NCBI GenBank assembly: GCA_964016885.1
Contig: OZ024747.1
Span: 65,472,001 to 65,536,000, forward strand
Reading direction: 5' to 3'
Length of the DNA: 64,000 bases
From: Eledone cirrhosa
Taxonomy: Eukaryota
Under the pieces are notes generated by a model that worked only from the letters and a program-made list of their open reading frames with translations, was not told the DNA's origin and did not search any database. Every line of letters starts with the position of its first letter. Positions within the stretch are counted from its first letter, which is position 1. This document shows, piece by piece, positions 13,901 to 27,352 of this stretch. The position numbers were made by a program, and so were the translations under genes.

Positions 13901-14250
13901 AACGTTGTCAGAAAAATACAGGAGAAGGAGGACATCTACGGACCATTGATGAGGAGTTTACAAATCCAGTATCCAAGATACACCTTTAGCTTCATACCCA
14001 TCATTATTGGTGCTACGGGTTATATACCAACCCGCTTGGACCAAAGTATGACTGAACTTGGATTTGCGGCAAAAAGCGCAGCTCCCTAATTCATAGTCTA
14101 CAAATGGCTGCGATAGCTAGCACCTTCAAAATTTGCAAAACATTCTTGCGATTCAAGGGATGACAATTTCTTTTCTTTTACAACCTTGCCACCAGGAAGG
14201 TGGCCGGTCAAAAAATATACTCAAAATTAAGAGAAAGAGAAAACATACAT
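13901..14250 (+). mobile_element. Second, divergent R4/Dong-type 3' fragment in (CATA)n
   Basis: Reads EKEDIYGPLMRSLQIQYPRYTFSFIPIIIGATGY...KICKTFLRF, homologous to ORF 13273-13599. Confidence 0.8.
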
Positions 14251-15319
14251 ACATACATACATGGTGGCTGCCAACTCGTTTTCGAGTACGGCCACTACTT
14301 TATATCCATGTAGGAGAACTCCTACTGATGCGCTAAACAAGTGTGACTTTTTAGTCCAGCCAGCGACTTGAAAACTCTGGTACAAACACTACACTTGTGA
14401 CAATTATTGACACATAGTGCTGGGCCCATGGTACCATGTGACGACAAGTGCAGAGAGATCTCCAGATATAAAGCAATGCCTGTGCTGTGAAGCTTTTATA
14501 GTGAGGAAAGGCACTGCACAAAGCCAGTCCCACTCTCTTAACCAAGATGATATTTACCAAAAAGAAGAACAAGTCAACATCATTGGATACCATCAGGATA
14601 CATACATACCATCAGGATACATACATACATACATACATACATACATACATACATACATACATACATACATACATACATACATACATACATACATACATAC
14701 ATACATGCATGCATGCATGCATGCATACACGGTAGCAATGAATTCTGACAGTTTGCAAAGGCTCAATGAACAATTCTATACCAATTAATATTTGCCAACC
14801 AATTAAATTCAACTGAACTGAACTGAACTTGAAAGATATATATTTTTTCCAAACTCTGTTTTAACACTACAAAGAATGGAAAATAGAAATATCTAACAAG
14901 TTATCCAATGTTTCATTCCAAAGATAAAAGTCGAGAAACACTCCAAGTTTCTGGGATTTTTTTTTTTATGAAATATAATTTAGAAAGGAAACAAAAGAAA
15001 TACTGTATAAGAAGCAGTTAAAAAATATCAACATTAAAACATATATATGATGATATATATCAGTGAAATATTAATAGTAATATATATATATATATATACA
15101 AGCAGGGAAAAGCAGACGTAAAATAATGATGATGATGATGATGATACATACATACAAACATATATATATATATATACACACATACACACATATATATATG
15201 TATGTGATAGTGATGATGATATATGACAGTGAAACACTACAAGTGTGTCTATCACACCTTTTATATTTTATAGATTCATTTTAATTAAATAAAGTAATGC
15301 AAATTTTTTGTAATATATA

Positions 15320-15355
<36 letters not shown>

Positions 15356-17650
15356 GGGGGGGGGGGGTTGTATGCATATATATAATATATAATATATAGT
15401 ATATGTGTATATATTTATATATATATATATATGTGTGTGTGTCTGCATATATATATATAATGTATAGAATATGTGTGTATATATATATGTGTGTGTGTGT
15501 GTGTGTATGCATATATATAATATGTGTATATATTTATGTGTGTGTGTGTGAGAGAGAGAGAGAGAATGTATGTGTGTGTGTGCATGCATATATATAATTT
15601 ATAATATATATTCATAGCAAACCTACTTTTAAAAAAGGGTGAGTTCGATGAAATAAATTATTTATATGTCTTTCTTGAAGAAAGAATTTTCATATTTTAT
15701 TTAAAGCTAGGAACAATGAAAGGAATTTAAAATGCTAGCTGCATTAATTATGAAAATGCTTAACTAGTTTTTTTGTAACCAATCTCTATAAGTTTTCACT
15801 GCAATGGGGAGAAAAAAGCAAAGATATAACAAAATCAATCTACTTTACTGATGCAAAAAAAATGAAGGATTGGTTGTTTGTAAAATTTCTTTTAACAAAT
15901 AAATATTGTTTTCAATAGTTTTCACTTTTCAAATTATTTTTCAGATTTGTGTAAGGTCATAAATATTGGATGGTCAGTAAAATCAATTATATTGAACACA
16001 GTATATCAATTGTATTGAACCTACTGTATGTATCAATTGTGTTGGTTTTATTGATCTTTGAAGTCCCTCTGGTGAAACCATGTAGTAGTTTCAAGTGAGA
16101 AACTTAAGTAAATATATCTCCGTCACTTTCAACAGTGGATATTTCAGAGCTAATAAAGGTGTATGACCTAGTGGTTAGGGTGTTGGGCTCGTGATTGCAA
16201 TGTCATGAGTTTGATTCCTGGACAATGTGGAACATATTATGTCCTTGACAAGACACTGCATTCATGTTGCTCCTATCTCTGCAGCTGAAAATATACAACA
16301 GCAGCATTTGAGAGATAACTTTGTGAGGGACTAGTATTTTGTCCAGAAGGATGTCTGGTACCCTCAATTGTTTAGTGTTGCAAAATTTCTAATGAAGAAC
16401 ACTATATGATTTTCAAATAATTTTGGAAAAAATTAAGAATTTGAAGAGATTTAGTAATTTAACTAACTTTCTTATTATTTATCTGGTGTCTGGGATGGAA
16501 TTATGATGGAAGTTGTTTATATAAATATTCTTTTCTTTTTTTACTGATTAACAAGATCCCAGACATCACTTGCTTACCAAGTGGGATGGAACAAAGAGGA
16601 GACACATAGGAACAAGAAGAGTCATTGGGAAGGTCACATAATGTGCGATGAAAGAGTTTTTACAATGAAGTATGATGATTAAATAATCATCCAGTTACTA
16701 AATTAACTGAAGAATAGATTAGTTACATAACTGAAGTGAAACTCAACTGGACTGGCACATCTGTTTTTATTGGCAATGTCACCCTCCCAAACTATATCAA
16801 CATTACAATACTTTTTCAACAAGCTTATTTTAAATTATACAATAATATCACAGCATTGCTTCTTTCAGTAAATTATTTTACATTTTAATGAAAATTTACA
16901 ATAATGTAAAAATATTTACTTTTCAGTAAATCTGTTTTCAACTCTATGATAAGATTACAATATATTTTTAGCAATTATTTTAAATCATTTAATAAATCAG
17001 TTAACATTTCTCCTTTTTTTAGTAAATTTATTTTATAGTTTACAATTATGTTTCTATATCTACTTTTTCAGTAAATTTATTTTTAATTCTAAATTAAACA
17101 TAAAATGTTATTCTAACATTTTATACTCCTGCCTACATTCGCTTTGATGTTTTACATTCCTAATAAACCCAAGATGTTGTATTACTTCAAGATGTTTCAT
17201 TGAAATCTCATCATTAAAACCTGAATCCAGCAAATTTCTTTCCCATTATAATATTAAGTTAGAATATCTATTCTTTCATCAATTCTTTGAATTATTTCAT
17301 TGTCAGTAAGCAAAGCTGCTACATTCATGAAAATCATTGAAGTTTTGTCATTAAAATTCACATTCAACAATTTTCTTTTATAACTAAAATATCAAACATT
17401 ATCCTATTAATTCTATCTGTGTTCCATTATTGTTGTTCCTAGAAAGAGAGCAAAATCTGCTAGATTTGAGATAGGTTTTCTTGATGTACTGTCCTTAAAA
17501 CTGATAATTAAAGCAATTTTTTTCACATAAGTAAAATATTAAATGTATCACATATACATTATTAATGTTTCAGCATTCGTTTTGGTGGTTTGATACCCAG
17601 TAAGCCAAGCTACTATATTAAAGATATCTCAGTCAATTTCTCTCCTTCAA

Positions 17651-17913
17651 TCCATTTGATACCAAACTACGGACATGGAACTGCCCAGGGTTCATGATAC
17701 AGAATTGCTCAATTTAAAATGTCTATCCATATATTAAATCCCTCCATCATAATTTTATTTAAGAAATTTTTGTTAAGTAATGTTCTAAATATCAACTTAT
17801 TAATGAAAAATAATTTCATTAAATCCTTCTAAGTATTTGATTATTTTCAAAATTAATAGAAACACATAGGCAGTGTATTTCATTAGAAATAGAGTAAAAC
17901 AGTAAGGAAAGGG
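17651..17913. mobile_element. piggyBac-like MITE (degenerate)
   Basis: tcaa-tccatttgatacca...aaaggg-ttaa; related to 33701-33951 and the copies starting at 63486 and 63837. Confidence 0.5.
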
Positions 17914-18692
17914 TTAAGTTGATATCAACAATTTATTTTATAAGTAAAATACAAAATGATATCTGATATATTTTATCTGTGATATTTAAGATCTTTTATT
18001 CTATTGTATTAAAATTCATATTTATAAAACAACTTATTTTCAATAAGCTGTTATTCCATACTTTAAAAATTATCTAAATAAATATTTAAAATACTTAGAA
18101 GTTCCAGTTACAAGAATTTCTTACTTCAAGAGAATTTTTAGGAGTTTTTCTTTTTTTTTTTGTAGAAAATGTGTTACAAAATTATAATTTAGGGAAATGA
18201 AATATCATTTTCAACATCATATTTCTCCCAACATTATAACATCTCTTAACATTATCATCCTCTCATCACCACATAATCATCATTACTACAATTGTCACCA
18301 TATCAGAAGAGCAATCGAAGCTTTAATTTGGTTGGTCAAACTGCAAGAATGAGCAGCAAAATTTCCATCAAGCCCAATCTTACTGTCTTTAGAAATATAG
18401 GAGGACACATTAAATAACATAGTTATCCATATGCTATAGTTGTACTGAAATGTCTTTCATTATAGACATCATTGATCATTGTATGACTAGCAGTTAAGCA
18501 GCAATAACATCAACATCATATCAGAATATATATTATTACTGTGTAGATTCAATATATAATCAACTACATTTCAAACATTGAATATGTATATACATTGAAA
18601 ATATTGTTAATACTCTACATAATGTATGGGTGAGTGTGATAACTAATACTTGTATTGTTTACATATTCTGTAAGTATGTATGCATATGCATA

Positions 18693-19693
18693 TCATCATC
18701 ATCATCATCACCGTTTTACGTCCGTTCTTCCATGCTAGCATGGGTTAGATGGGTTGTTCTGTTGTGGCCAGTGTCTGGTCAGCTGACCATGCCTTGCTCA
18801 TACAGGAACTGATTTTGGCTTGATTTCTACAGCTGGATACCCTTCCTAACACCAACCTCATTTACAGTGAGTGCTGGGTGCTTTTTCCGTGGCGCCTACA
18901 CGTCCACTTTACAGTGTGGGCTGGGTGCTTTTTTGCCGTGGCACCTCCACGACCACCTTGCAGTGGGAGGGTGTGGGGGCATATTGTCTATATGCTTCAG
19001 CTTGTACTCATGGGAGGTCGGGTACTTTGTATTACTGCATGACGCCAGAGGTCACGGCCGTGTGTCATCGCCTTTGAGAGGTGTAATTGGGTAAGGTCGG
19101 CTTTTATCACCTCATCCCAGGTCTTCCTGGGTCTCCTCACTCCGTGGTTTCCATTGACTTCTAGTGCTCTGCACCTTTTTATGCAGCTGTCATCCTTCAT
19201 ACACATCACATGTCCATACCAAAGCAACCGCCTCTCCTGCACACAGCATTTGATTCCTCTTATGCTCAGTCTCTCTCTCAATTCATTTATGCTTTGTCGT
19301 TCGCGTATATTACTATTACACATCCATCGGAGCATGCAGGCTTCGTTTCTCTCTAATCTACGTAAGTCTTCCACCTTCAGCGCCCAGGTCTCACTACCAT
19401 GTAACATTGCTGTTCGGATACACGCATCATACAGTCTGCCTTTCATTTTGAGGGAGAAGCCTTTTGCAGCTAGCAGTGGTAGTAGTTCCCTGAACTTCTT
19501 CCATCCCGTTCTTACCCTAGTTATTGTACTTTCTGAACACCCACCTCCGCTGCTAATTCGGTCACCTAGGTAGCAGAAGCTGTCTACTGTTTCTACAGAG
19601 CCCGCCCAGAGATTGGTGGTACTTGTTTCCTGTGGCTGTTTGCTGCTTGCTGTCCTAGCACCGCTGCTGCATGTGAAGCCTACATTCTTAATT
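18693..19693 (-). mobile_element. RTE LINE 3' fragment, tandem copy 1
   Basis: ORF 18997-19446 encodes the RTE C-terminus; 3' UTR and (TGA)n tail. Confidence 0.92.
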
Positions 19694-19712
19694 ATGAAGC
19701 CTACATTCTTAT

Positions 19713-20956
19713 ATCATCATCATCATCAGCACCATTTTACGTCCGTTCTTCCACGCTAGCATGGGTTAGACGGGTTGTCCTGTTGTGGGCAGTGTTTGGT
19801 CGGCTGACCATGCCTTGCTCATACAGGAACTGATTTGGCTTGATTTCTACAGGTGGATGCCCTTCCTAACACCAACCTCATTTACAGTGGGTGCTGGGTG
19901 CTTTTTCGTGGCGCCTACACGTCCACTTTACAGTGTGGGCTGGGTGCTTTTTTGCCGTGGCACCTCCACGACCACCTTGCGGTGGGAGGGTGTGGGGGCA
20001 TATTGTCTATATGCTTCAGCTTGTACCCATGGGAGGTCGGGTACTCTGTATTACTGCGTGACACCAGAGGTCACGGTTGTGTGTCATTGCCTTTGAGAGG
20101 TGTAATTGGGTAAGGTCGGCTTTTATCACCTCATCCCAGGTCATCTTGGGTCTCCCCACTCCGCGGTTTCCATCGACTTCTAGTGCTCTGCACCTTTTTA
20201 TGCAGCTGTCATCCTTCATACGTATCACATGTTCATACCAGCGCAACCGCCTCTCCTGCACACAGCATTTGATTCCTCTTATGCTCAGTCTCTCTCTCAA
20301 TTCATTTATGCTTTGTCGTTCACGTATATTACTGTTACACATCCATTGGAGCATGCAGGCTTCATTTCACTCTAATCTACGTAAGTCTTCCACCTTCAGA
20401 GCCCAGATCTCACTACCATGCAGCATCGCTGTTCGGATACACGCATCATACAGTCTGCCTTTCATTCTGAGGGAGAAGCCTTTTGCAGCTAGCAGTGGTA
20501 GTAGTTCCCTAAACTTCTTCCATCCCGTTCTTACCCTAGTTAATGTACTTTCTGAACACCCACCTCCGCTGCTAATTCGGTCACCTAGGTAGCAGAAGCT
20601 GTCTATTGTTTCTACAGAGCCCTCCCAGAGATTGGTGGTACTTGTTTCCTGTGGCTGTTTGCTGCTTGCTGTCCCAGCACAGCTGCTGCATGTGAAGCCT
20701 ACATTCTTAATTAAGCTTCCTGAGATCCCGCTACATCTCTTGTGTACCCATTGTTTGCATTTAGGGCAGAGAATGGAGTTCCTACCTACACCTTTCCTAC
20801 ATACTGAGCAAGGCCATTTCCCTGAGGGGATATGGGTTCTGTTTTCTCGTCTACTTACAAGGACCTTAGTCTTTGTCATGTTGACTTTGAGACCCTTTCT
20901 TTCTAGTCCCCGCTTCCAAGTTTGGAATTTATTCTCTAGTTCTACCATAGATTCAG

Positions 20957-20958
<2 letters not shown>
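19713..20958 (-). mobile_element. RTE LINE 3' fragment, tandem copy 2, includes PHD-type zinc finger
   Basis: ORFs 20367-21035 and 20016-20354: GLKVNMTKTK, CSVC..CPKC..HKRC..CSSC, FCYLGD; close paralog of copy 1; truncated at (TA)n. Confidence 0.93.
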
Positions 20959-20999
<41 letters not shown>

Positions 21000-21135
21000 G
21001 ATAAATCCACCAATTAATGGTAGGGTCCAAGCCATATGAAGAACTCAATGTAATCCGTATGTAGATGTTGTGAAGCAAAGTTTAAAATACAAAATTTCAA
21101 TGATATAATTCATTGGAAGCAGAGTCAAAATAAAA

Positions 21136-21480
21136 CAAATAGTGAAAACAATGAAATTAAACAAAATACGGGTAATTCATAGTAAAATTCATTATTTTAC
21201 GATCGTTTCTGGGGGGTAGTTCTCCATATGTTTATTCTATTAGTGATCTATGTAAAATATATTACAAATTATCAAAGTAAGAAAAATATACATACGTCTT
21301 CCCTACCCGCCGTCTTCAGAAATAAATTATTTCTGATAATTTGTAATATATTTTACATAGATCACTAATAGAATGACATACGGAGAACTACCTCCCCCCC
21401 CCCCAGAAACGATCGTAAAACAATGAATTTTACTATGAATTACCCGTATTTTGTTTAATTTTATTGTTTTCACTATTTGT
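21136..21480. mobile_element. Fold-back element, probably derived from a Penelope pLTR
   Basis: Inverted arms ~21136-21274 and ~21335-21480; contains a hammerhead motif; (TA)n nearby on both sides. Confidence 0.8.
21192..21325 (-). ncRNA. Hammerhead ribozyme motif with greatly extended stem/loop II
   Basis: Minus strand: ttattt-CTGAAGA-cggcgggtag...ctacccccca-GAAA-cgatcg-TA-aaataa; stem I ttattt/aaataa; palindromic stem III. Confidence 0.6.
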
Positions 21481-21593
21481 ATTATATATATATAAATTTG
21501 AGTTTGTGTTGGTTGCTTACCGACACTTCAGTATTCAGGTTAGAGCACTCAACAAAGTGCACAGGTGAGTCTGTTTCCTCCAGAGTAATTTAA

Positions 21594-21888
21594 AACATGA
21601 AGTGTAAGTCAAGAGGTTAAAATTAACTTCGTTTATTCATATTTGCTGCAACATATATATGCCACCAGTTCTTTGGATTAACAACACCACTTTTCAGATC
21701 AGGGCATATCAATGAATTAACAAGGTAAATTTTATGCCACCATTATGTTTTCCTGTTTTTTTCAGTTCACTTTCTAGCTACCTGATGAGATCATAACTGT
21801 TGAATTATGGTTATCACCGAAATATATATTGTAGCGAATATGAATAAACAAAGTTAATTTTAACCTGTTGACTTACACTTCATGCTTT
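21594..21888. mobile_element. Fold-back element with hammerhead; decayed single-arm copy at ~58960-59140
   Basis: Inverted arms ~21594-21660 and ~21822-21888. Confidence 0.8.
21777..21835 (+). ncRNA. Minimal hammerhead ribozyme motif
   Basis: gctac-CTGATGA-(stem II with cataa/ttatg)-GAAA-tatata-TT-gtagc; perfect 5-bp stem I. Confidence 0.65.
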
Positions 21889-21952
21889 ATATATATATAT
21901 AACCGCTGCTGCTGCCACCACCACCACCACAATATGTATATATATATATATA

Positions 21953-22603
21953 TATAGGTTAACACAAATCAATATATTTGATAAACACAAATATCCTCAT
22001 ATTTATGTTTGTATTGTAAATGACCAAGTTAGCTAGATAGAAATATACTAATAATAATATTACAGTTTGCATATCATGACTTAAGATAATACATCATAAA
22101 TCAACAAAAACAAATTGTACTGGCAATGGCCGTAGTGCTTGGACAAATTTAAATTTCAAAATCAAACCTGTTCCGTGGACAGGTTTAAACCCTAAAATCC
22201 AAATATGTTTCGAATAATGAAAAAGTGGAAGAAAATACCGCATTTTGATCTCCTCAGCAAGCACTATAAAAATTGGTATGTTCCACTTCAAAATATTTAG
22301 GAAGACTGTTTAGCGCACGAGGTAACGTCATGCAGTTATCCAGTGTCTAGCTAGCCTCATACTCGTGCTGCTAGAAATAACAGCCGTTTGTATGGGGCTA
22401 AAATCAGCTCAACGAAGGAGCAGTGAAAAATCAATAATAATGAGTTCAAATCTCAGGCGATCATTTACAATGAAATAGCTCGAAGAAAGAAAGAGTATTT
22501 CTGAGCCGTGTAATATAGGTTAACACAAATCAATATATTTGATAAACACAAATATCCTCATATTTATGTTTGTATTGTAAATGACCAAGTTAGCTAGATA
22601 GAA
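21953..22603. repeat. Identical ~90-bp direct repeats (21953-22042, 22514-22603) flanking ~470 bp
   Basis: tataggttaacacaaatc...agctagatagaa occurs twice. Confidence 0.85.
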
Positions 22604-22764
22604 TTATTCTCATATTTACACATATTTTTTCCTCCGCTGTGACCCGTCTATTTCGTTCTTACTGCTTCCTCTTTCTCTGTATCTTTACCCTCTCTAACAG
22701 TCACTCTCTCTGTTAGCCTCTTCCTCACCCTTCACTCACTCACTCTCTGTTACTACCTCTCCTC

Positions 22765-23035
22765 CTCCTCCTTCCCGTTTGACCTGTGCGTAATTCTTTT
22801 CTTTCACACGCTTGGCCAGGCAGGTTCGCCTTTTTTCTCTCTCTCGTCTACGATTTCACAGAACTTATGTTCACCGAATTCACGGACTAGACCCCTTCTT
22901 CCTCCCGTTAGACCTGTACATAATTCCTTCCTTGCTCACATTTCAACCAGGTTTGATGGTCTTTATTCTCTCTCGTTCACGATTTCACCGAACTTATATT
23001 GATGGAAATTTGGGACTTGACTCGTTCTTCCTCAC
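22765..23035. repeat. Degenerate ~130-bp tandem duplication in a pyrimidine-rich repeat
   Basis: cccgtt(t/a)gacctgt...cgatttcac(a/c)gaacttat repeated. Confidence 0.6.
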
Positions 23036-23260
23036 TTTTCGTTGCTTCACCATCTTTGTCTGTTTACACTCTCGCTGTTCCCTTTATTTACGTGTCCCAA
23101 CGACTTTCTTTAGCCGTTGCTCGCACCAACCGGAGATATATGGTCTTTAAAGCGAAGAAATACTGATGATGGTTGGAAGATCACTGATGAAGGACCACTT
23201 TATTCATATATATATATCCATATATATATATACATACATATATATATACATATATATATA

Positions 23261-23410
<150 letters not shown>

Positions 23411-24137
23411 TATATACATATATAAGTATGTATACGTACATACATATATGTATACAGACGTACAGTAGTATGTATATACATACATACATGCACACATATA
23501 TATATGTACGTATGGGTTTACCGAACATTTATTATAATGCTCGGTTTGTTTGTAAACAAAGGTATACAGTGCTGATGACAGCTAATATATATATATATAT
23601 ATATATCCATATATATATATATATATATCCATATATATATATATATCCATATATATATATATATATATATCCATATATATATATATATATATCCATATAT
23701 ATATATATCCTATCTATATATATATATATATCCATATATATATATATATTTATACATATATATATATAATTCTGATATAATTCTTACCTATTTATTTTTA
23801 TTCCTTCTTAACATGACTAAACTTACTGTTAAGCCAAGGAAGGAGGGGCAGTGCCCATGAGCCTTTTCAGTGCCTCTGGGACTAATGAGAGGAAGATTGG
23901 AAATTATCCTAAAACCAGAGACATATTCTGAATGCTTGCAACAGAGTGGACTCTACTAAAGTTACCCAAGAGCTAGGTAGTGGTGTTAAATGGGTTGACT
24001 CAAGAGGACATATTAGTGTTTGTACTCTGAATGTAAAGACTTGGAACAATTATCACATCACAATTATGTTCTCTGGACTGACACATTAGAATGCTGGAAA
24101 AAATATGGTGTAATATATGCCCTGGTTCGCTCGACTT

Positions 24138-24376
24138 AGTGTTGAAACCCTGGAAGGGTCTAATTTGCCATTGGGCTTTGTGTTGAAGTCCTGCAAGGGT
24201 CTAATGAGCCATGGGTCGTTGTGTTGAAACCCTGCAAGGGTCAAATTTGTCATGGGTCTTTGTGTTGAAACTCTGCAAGGGTCAAATTTGCCATTGGGCT
24301 TTGTGTTGAAGCCCTGCAAGGGTCTAATTTGCCATGGGTCTTTGTGTTGAAACCCTGCAAGGGTCAAATTTGCCAT
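24138..24376. repeat. ~40-bp minisatellite, about 6 copies
   Basis: Unit tgtgttgaaaccctgcaagggtcaaatttgccatgggtctt. Confidence 0.92.
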
Positions 24377-24965
24377 TCATCATATCAGAGTTGATAAATA
24401 AAAATACCCTGCCAGTGCTGATGTAGTTCTGCCTCCCTGTACCTGTCACATTCTTGGGTCAAGAACAATGAACTCAAGTGAGTCTCTCTCTCCCTCTCTC
24501 TCTGCACCAAACCTACTAAGTCATCCTTGATTATGAGTGATGGTCGTAGTTAGTTTTTATATTTGATTACAGTTCTTTTCATATGTGGATTAGTTATTTC
24601 TAGAGGTATGGTATTATCCAATATGATTCATATATCTACCAAAACACATTTCTTTTGATATGTTTCTCTTTATGGATGTTGAGATTAATATCTTGGCAGT
24701 TTGTATTTATTTCTCTGGTATTGAGAATAAAATGGCTTTAACCATAAAATGATTACAATATGTTTTTCTCTGATTTTTCTCTATCACTTTTTTTTTTTGT
24801 GGGGGGGGGGGGTTCATTCCAGGTTCAATAACACAGTTTTCAGTATATGAAAAACTCAGCCCCTAAACACACATACATTATTCATATCTATATACATAAT
24901 TTGGTTTTGGATAAGACCATAAAATATTGATTATCTCTGCACAAATAACATATATATTACGCATT

Positions 24966-25009
<44 letters not shown>

Positions 25010-26106
25010 ATATATACATGACACCCTATCTTTCTGGTGTTTTTTCCCATTGTCTTTGTCCCTGTGCACACCCTATTTTTGACTTTATATTCTAAAGACT
25101 TAGTCATGTAGACTTTTTTTTAAACTATCATATTATAGACATCACACCACCAGACCTGTTTTCTCCAATTCTCCCTTCGAACCTTTTTCTACACCTTAGT
25201 GTCCGTCTTTGCACGTTGGACTGCAGTCTTTATTCTCTTCTGTTTTACTATTCCTTTCCTATCTATATTTTTCTCCTTTGGCTAAGCCCTTGCGCACTAT
25301 ATTAGTGTAATTTTCCTAAAGTCATAATTTGTCTCTACCTATTTGTTTTGTTATGTCCCAATGTGACATCACCATAAGACTTACATCATGATCTGATGAT
25401 GTAAGCAGCCCATAGAAATATGTACTGTGATTTTGACAACATTAAAGAATTATTTGGAATCCAGTCTTTTGTTTTCATTGAAGTCAGCCACCAGACCTTT
25501 GAACAGTAAGACCAAGGTGTTGAGAAAATGCCCACATATGAACACACACCTGCTTTCAGCATGGGCCAGTAATATTACAAACCTACAAACACCTTAGACA
25601 CCACACCAAGATATGTATAGTTACTTACAAATACACATATATAATACATATCCCATACAAACACTGACATATGGCATTAGGATCAATAAACTAATTTCAC
25701 AGTAATATCACAAACACCTTAGAAGAATTCACACCAAGATAGACATAAAGGCATACAAACACTAGTATATAGACACATAATTAGTATTTGACTCTAATAC
25801 ACATCATAATACACCATATTAGCAACAGTCTTTTCCCCCTGACTTAAGAGTGTAATTAATAGCTGATTAACTATAAAATTAGCAAGAGTTAATTGTATTG
25901 CATTAGGAAAACAAAAGGTTAATTAAGGCACAGGGTTATTCCCCTTCTACCGAACAAGATCTCATGTTAATGGCATCAGCCATCTTTGTTTACAGTTGCC
26001 TGAATGATAGCAATGCATGTATCTGCATGAATGCACAATCTAGCATACATGCAGCATTTGAAACCAGAGGTAGCAACATGTATGTGTTGAAGAAAATAAC
26101 CATAAC

Positions 26107-26148
<42 letters not shown>

Positions 26149-26211
26149 TAACACACATTCATATACACACACATATGTATATTTATATTTATATAGTGGT
26201 GTATAACTCAC

Positions 26212-26289
26212 CTGATCTATTGAATGTTCTGTTGTTGGATTACTATTGAAGAACATTGACATTGGATCTTGGAGTTCTGACATTGAATG
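26212..26289 (-). CDS. Putative internal exon C (HSMSELQDPMSMFFNSNPTTEHSIDQ, 78 nt, phase 0-0)
   Basis: gttctcatattccag acceptor, CAG/GTGAG donor, open frame. Confidence 0.65.
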
Positions 26290-26789
26290 CTGGAATATGA
26301 GAACATCAGAGCATGGGATCATTATATCACTTAACATACATGTTTATATATATATGTGTGTGTGTGTGTGTGTCTGTTTATTAAGCTATGAGGTATATTA
26401 AGATTATTATCATGGTAACGTGAGGAATTAATGTTACTAGTGGAAATGATTCTAGTATTAGTAAGAACATTTTGCTTATTAAATTTATCCAGGTTATCAC
26501 ATGTACTAATATGTTAATTAATCTTTCTATTATTACTAAAAGTAAGGTGGTTTGTTAAATTAGGTGTAATAGAGAAAGATAGCTTAATTGTATTTTTATT
26601 TAAAAGTCTATGGTATCTATGATTAAGAGAGTATATTTGATGGTACCTGTATGCCAAATGCTGAATTATACCAGATGGTTATATATATATATATATAAAC
26701 TACCAGATTTATATATATATATATAAACTACCTGGTTTTTATATATATATAACATACATATGGGCATGTTTATATATATATATATAACA

Positions 26790-27246
26790 ATCATATGGAC
26801 ATTGAAACTCCGACAACTTACAACTGACTTGGTAAACACCTACAAAATTATCAACCATCTTGCCAACAACAACCCTGAGCACCTTTTTGAATTCCATATG
26901 TCTAACACTTATGGGTATGCCGACAAAGTCAGAAAACAGCACAGCTCCCATGACTTTTGGAAACATTTTTTCACGCTCAGAATTGCTGAAGCATGGAACA
27001 AACTACCTGCATCAGTTGTTAGCTGCCAGGACACTGCATTGTTTAAAACCTCCATGCTTCCTGAAATTCACCAACATTACACCTGATATTCTGCCTCCAT
27101 ACACACACACACATGTATATTATGACTCATATACTGTTCACTTTCCTGACATTTATACATTATTTCTATGTACTATATATGCACCTTTGATGAGTTGTAG
27201 TGCACCTGAGCACTCACCGTACACAATAATTTCATTATATTATTAT
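26790..27246 (+). mobile_element. CR1-clade LINE 3' end
   Basis: DLVNTYKII...KHFFTLRIAEAWNKLPASVV...FK is the typical CR1 C-terminus; 3' UTR and (TAT)n tail. Confidence 0.85.
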
Positions 27247-27352
27247 ATACATATATATATATATATAAACATCACCATCATCATCATTGTCATTTAATGT
27301 CCATTTTTCCACATTAGCATACGTTAGACGAGTTGTCCTGTTATGAGACAAG

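Noticed and set aside
19154-20592. Long antisense ORFs over RTE copies (also 716-1189, 56913-57638)
   Set aside because: Shadow frames of the RTE coding strand with no independent motifs
23827-23908. Additional minus-strand exon (IISNLPLISPRG...)
   Set aside because: AG/GT sites are present, but the only open frame is phase-incompatible with neighbouring phase-0 exons
24086-24376. 96-aa repetitive ORF or CRISPR-like repeat containing gttgaaac
   Set aside because: Translation of a spacer-less 40-bp minisatellite
25390-25435. Hammerhead motif (ctgatga...gaaa)
   Set aside because: Stems I-III do not pair convincingly; at most a decayed remnant
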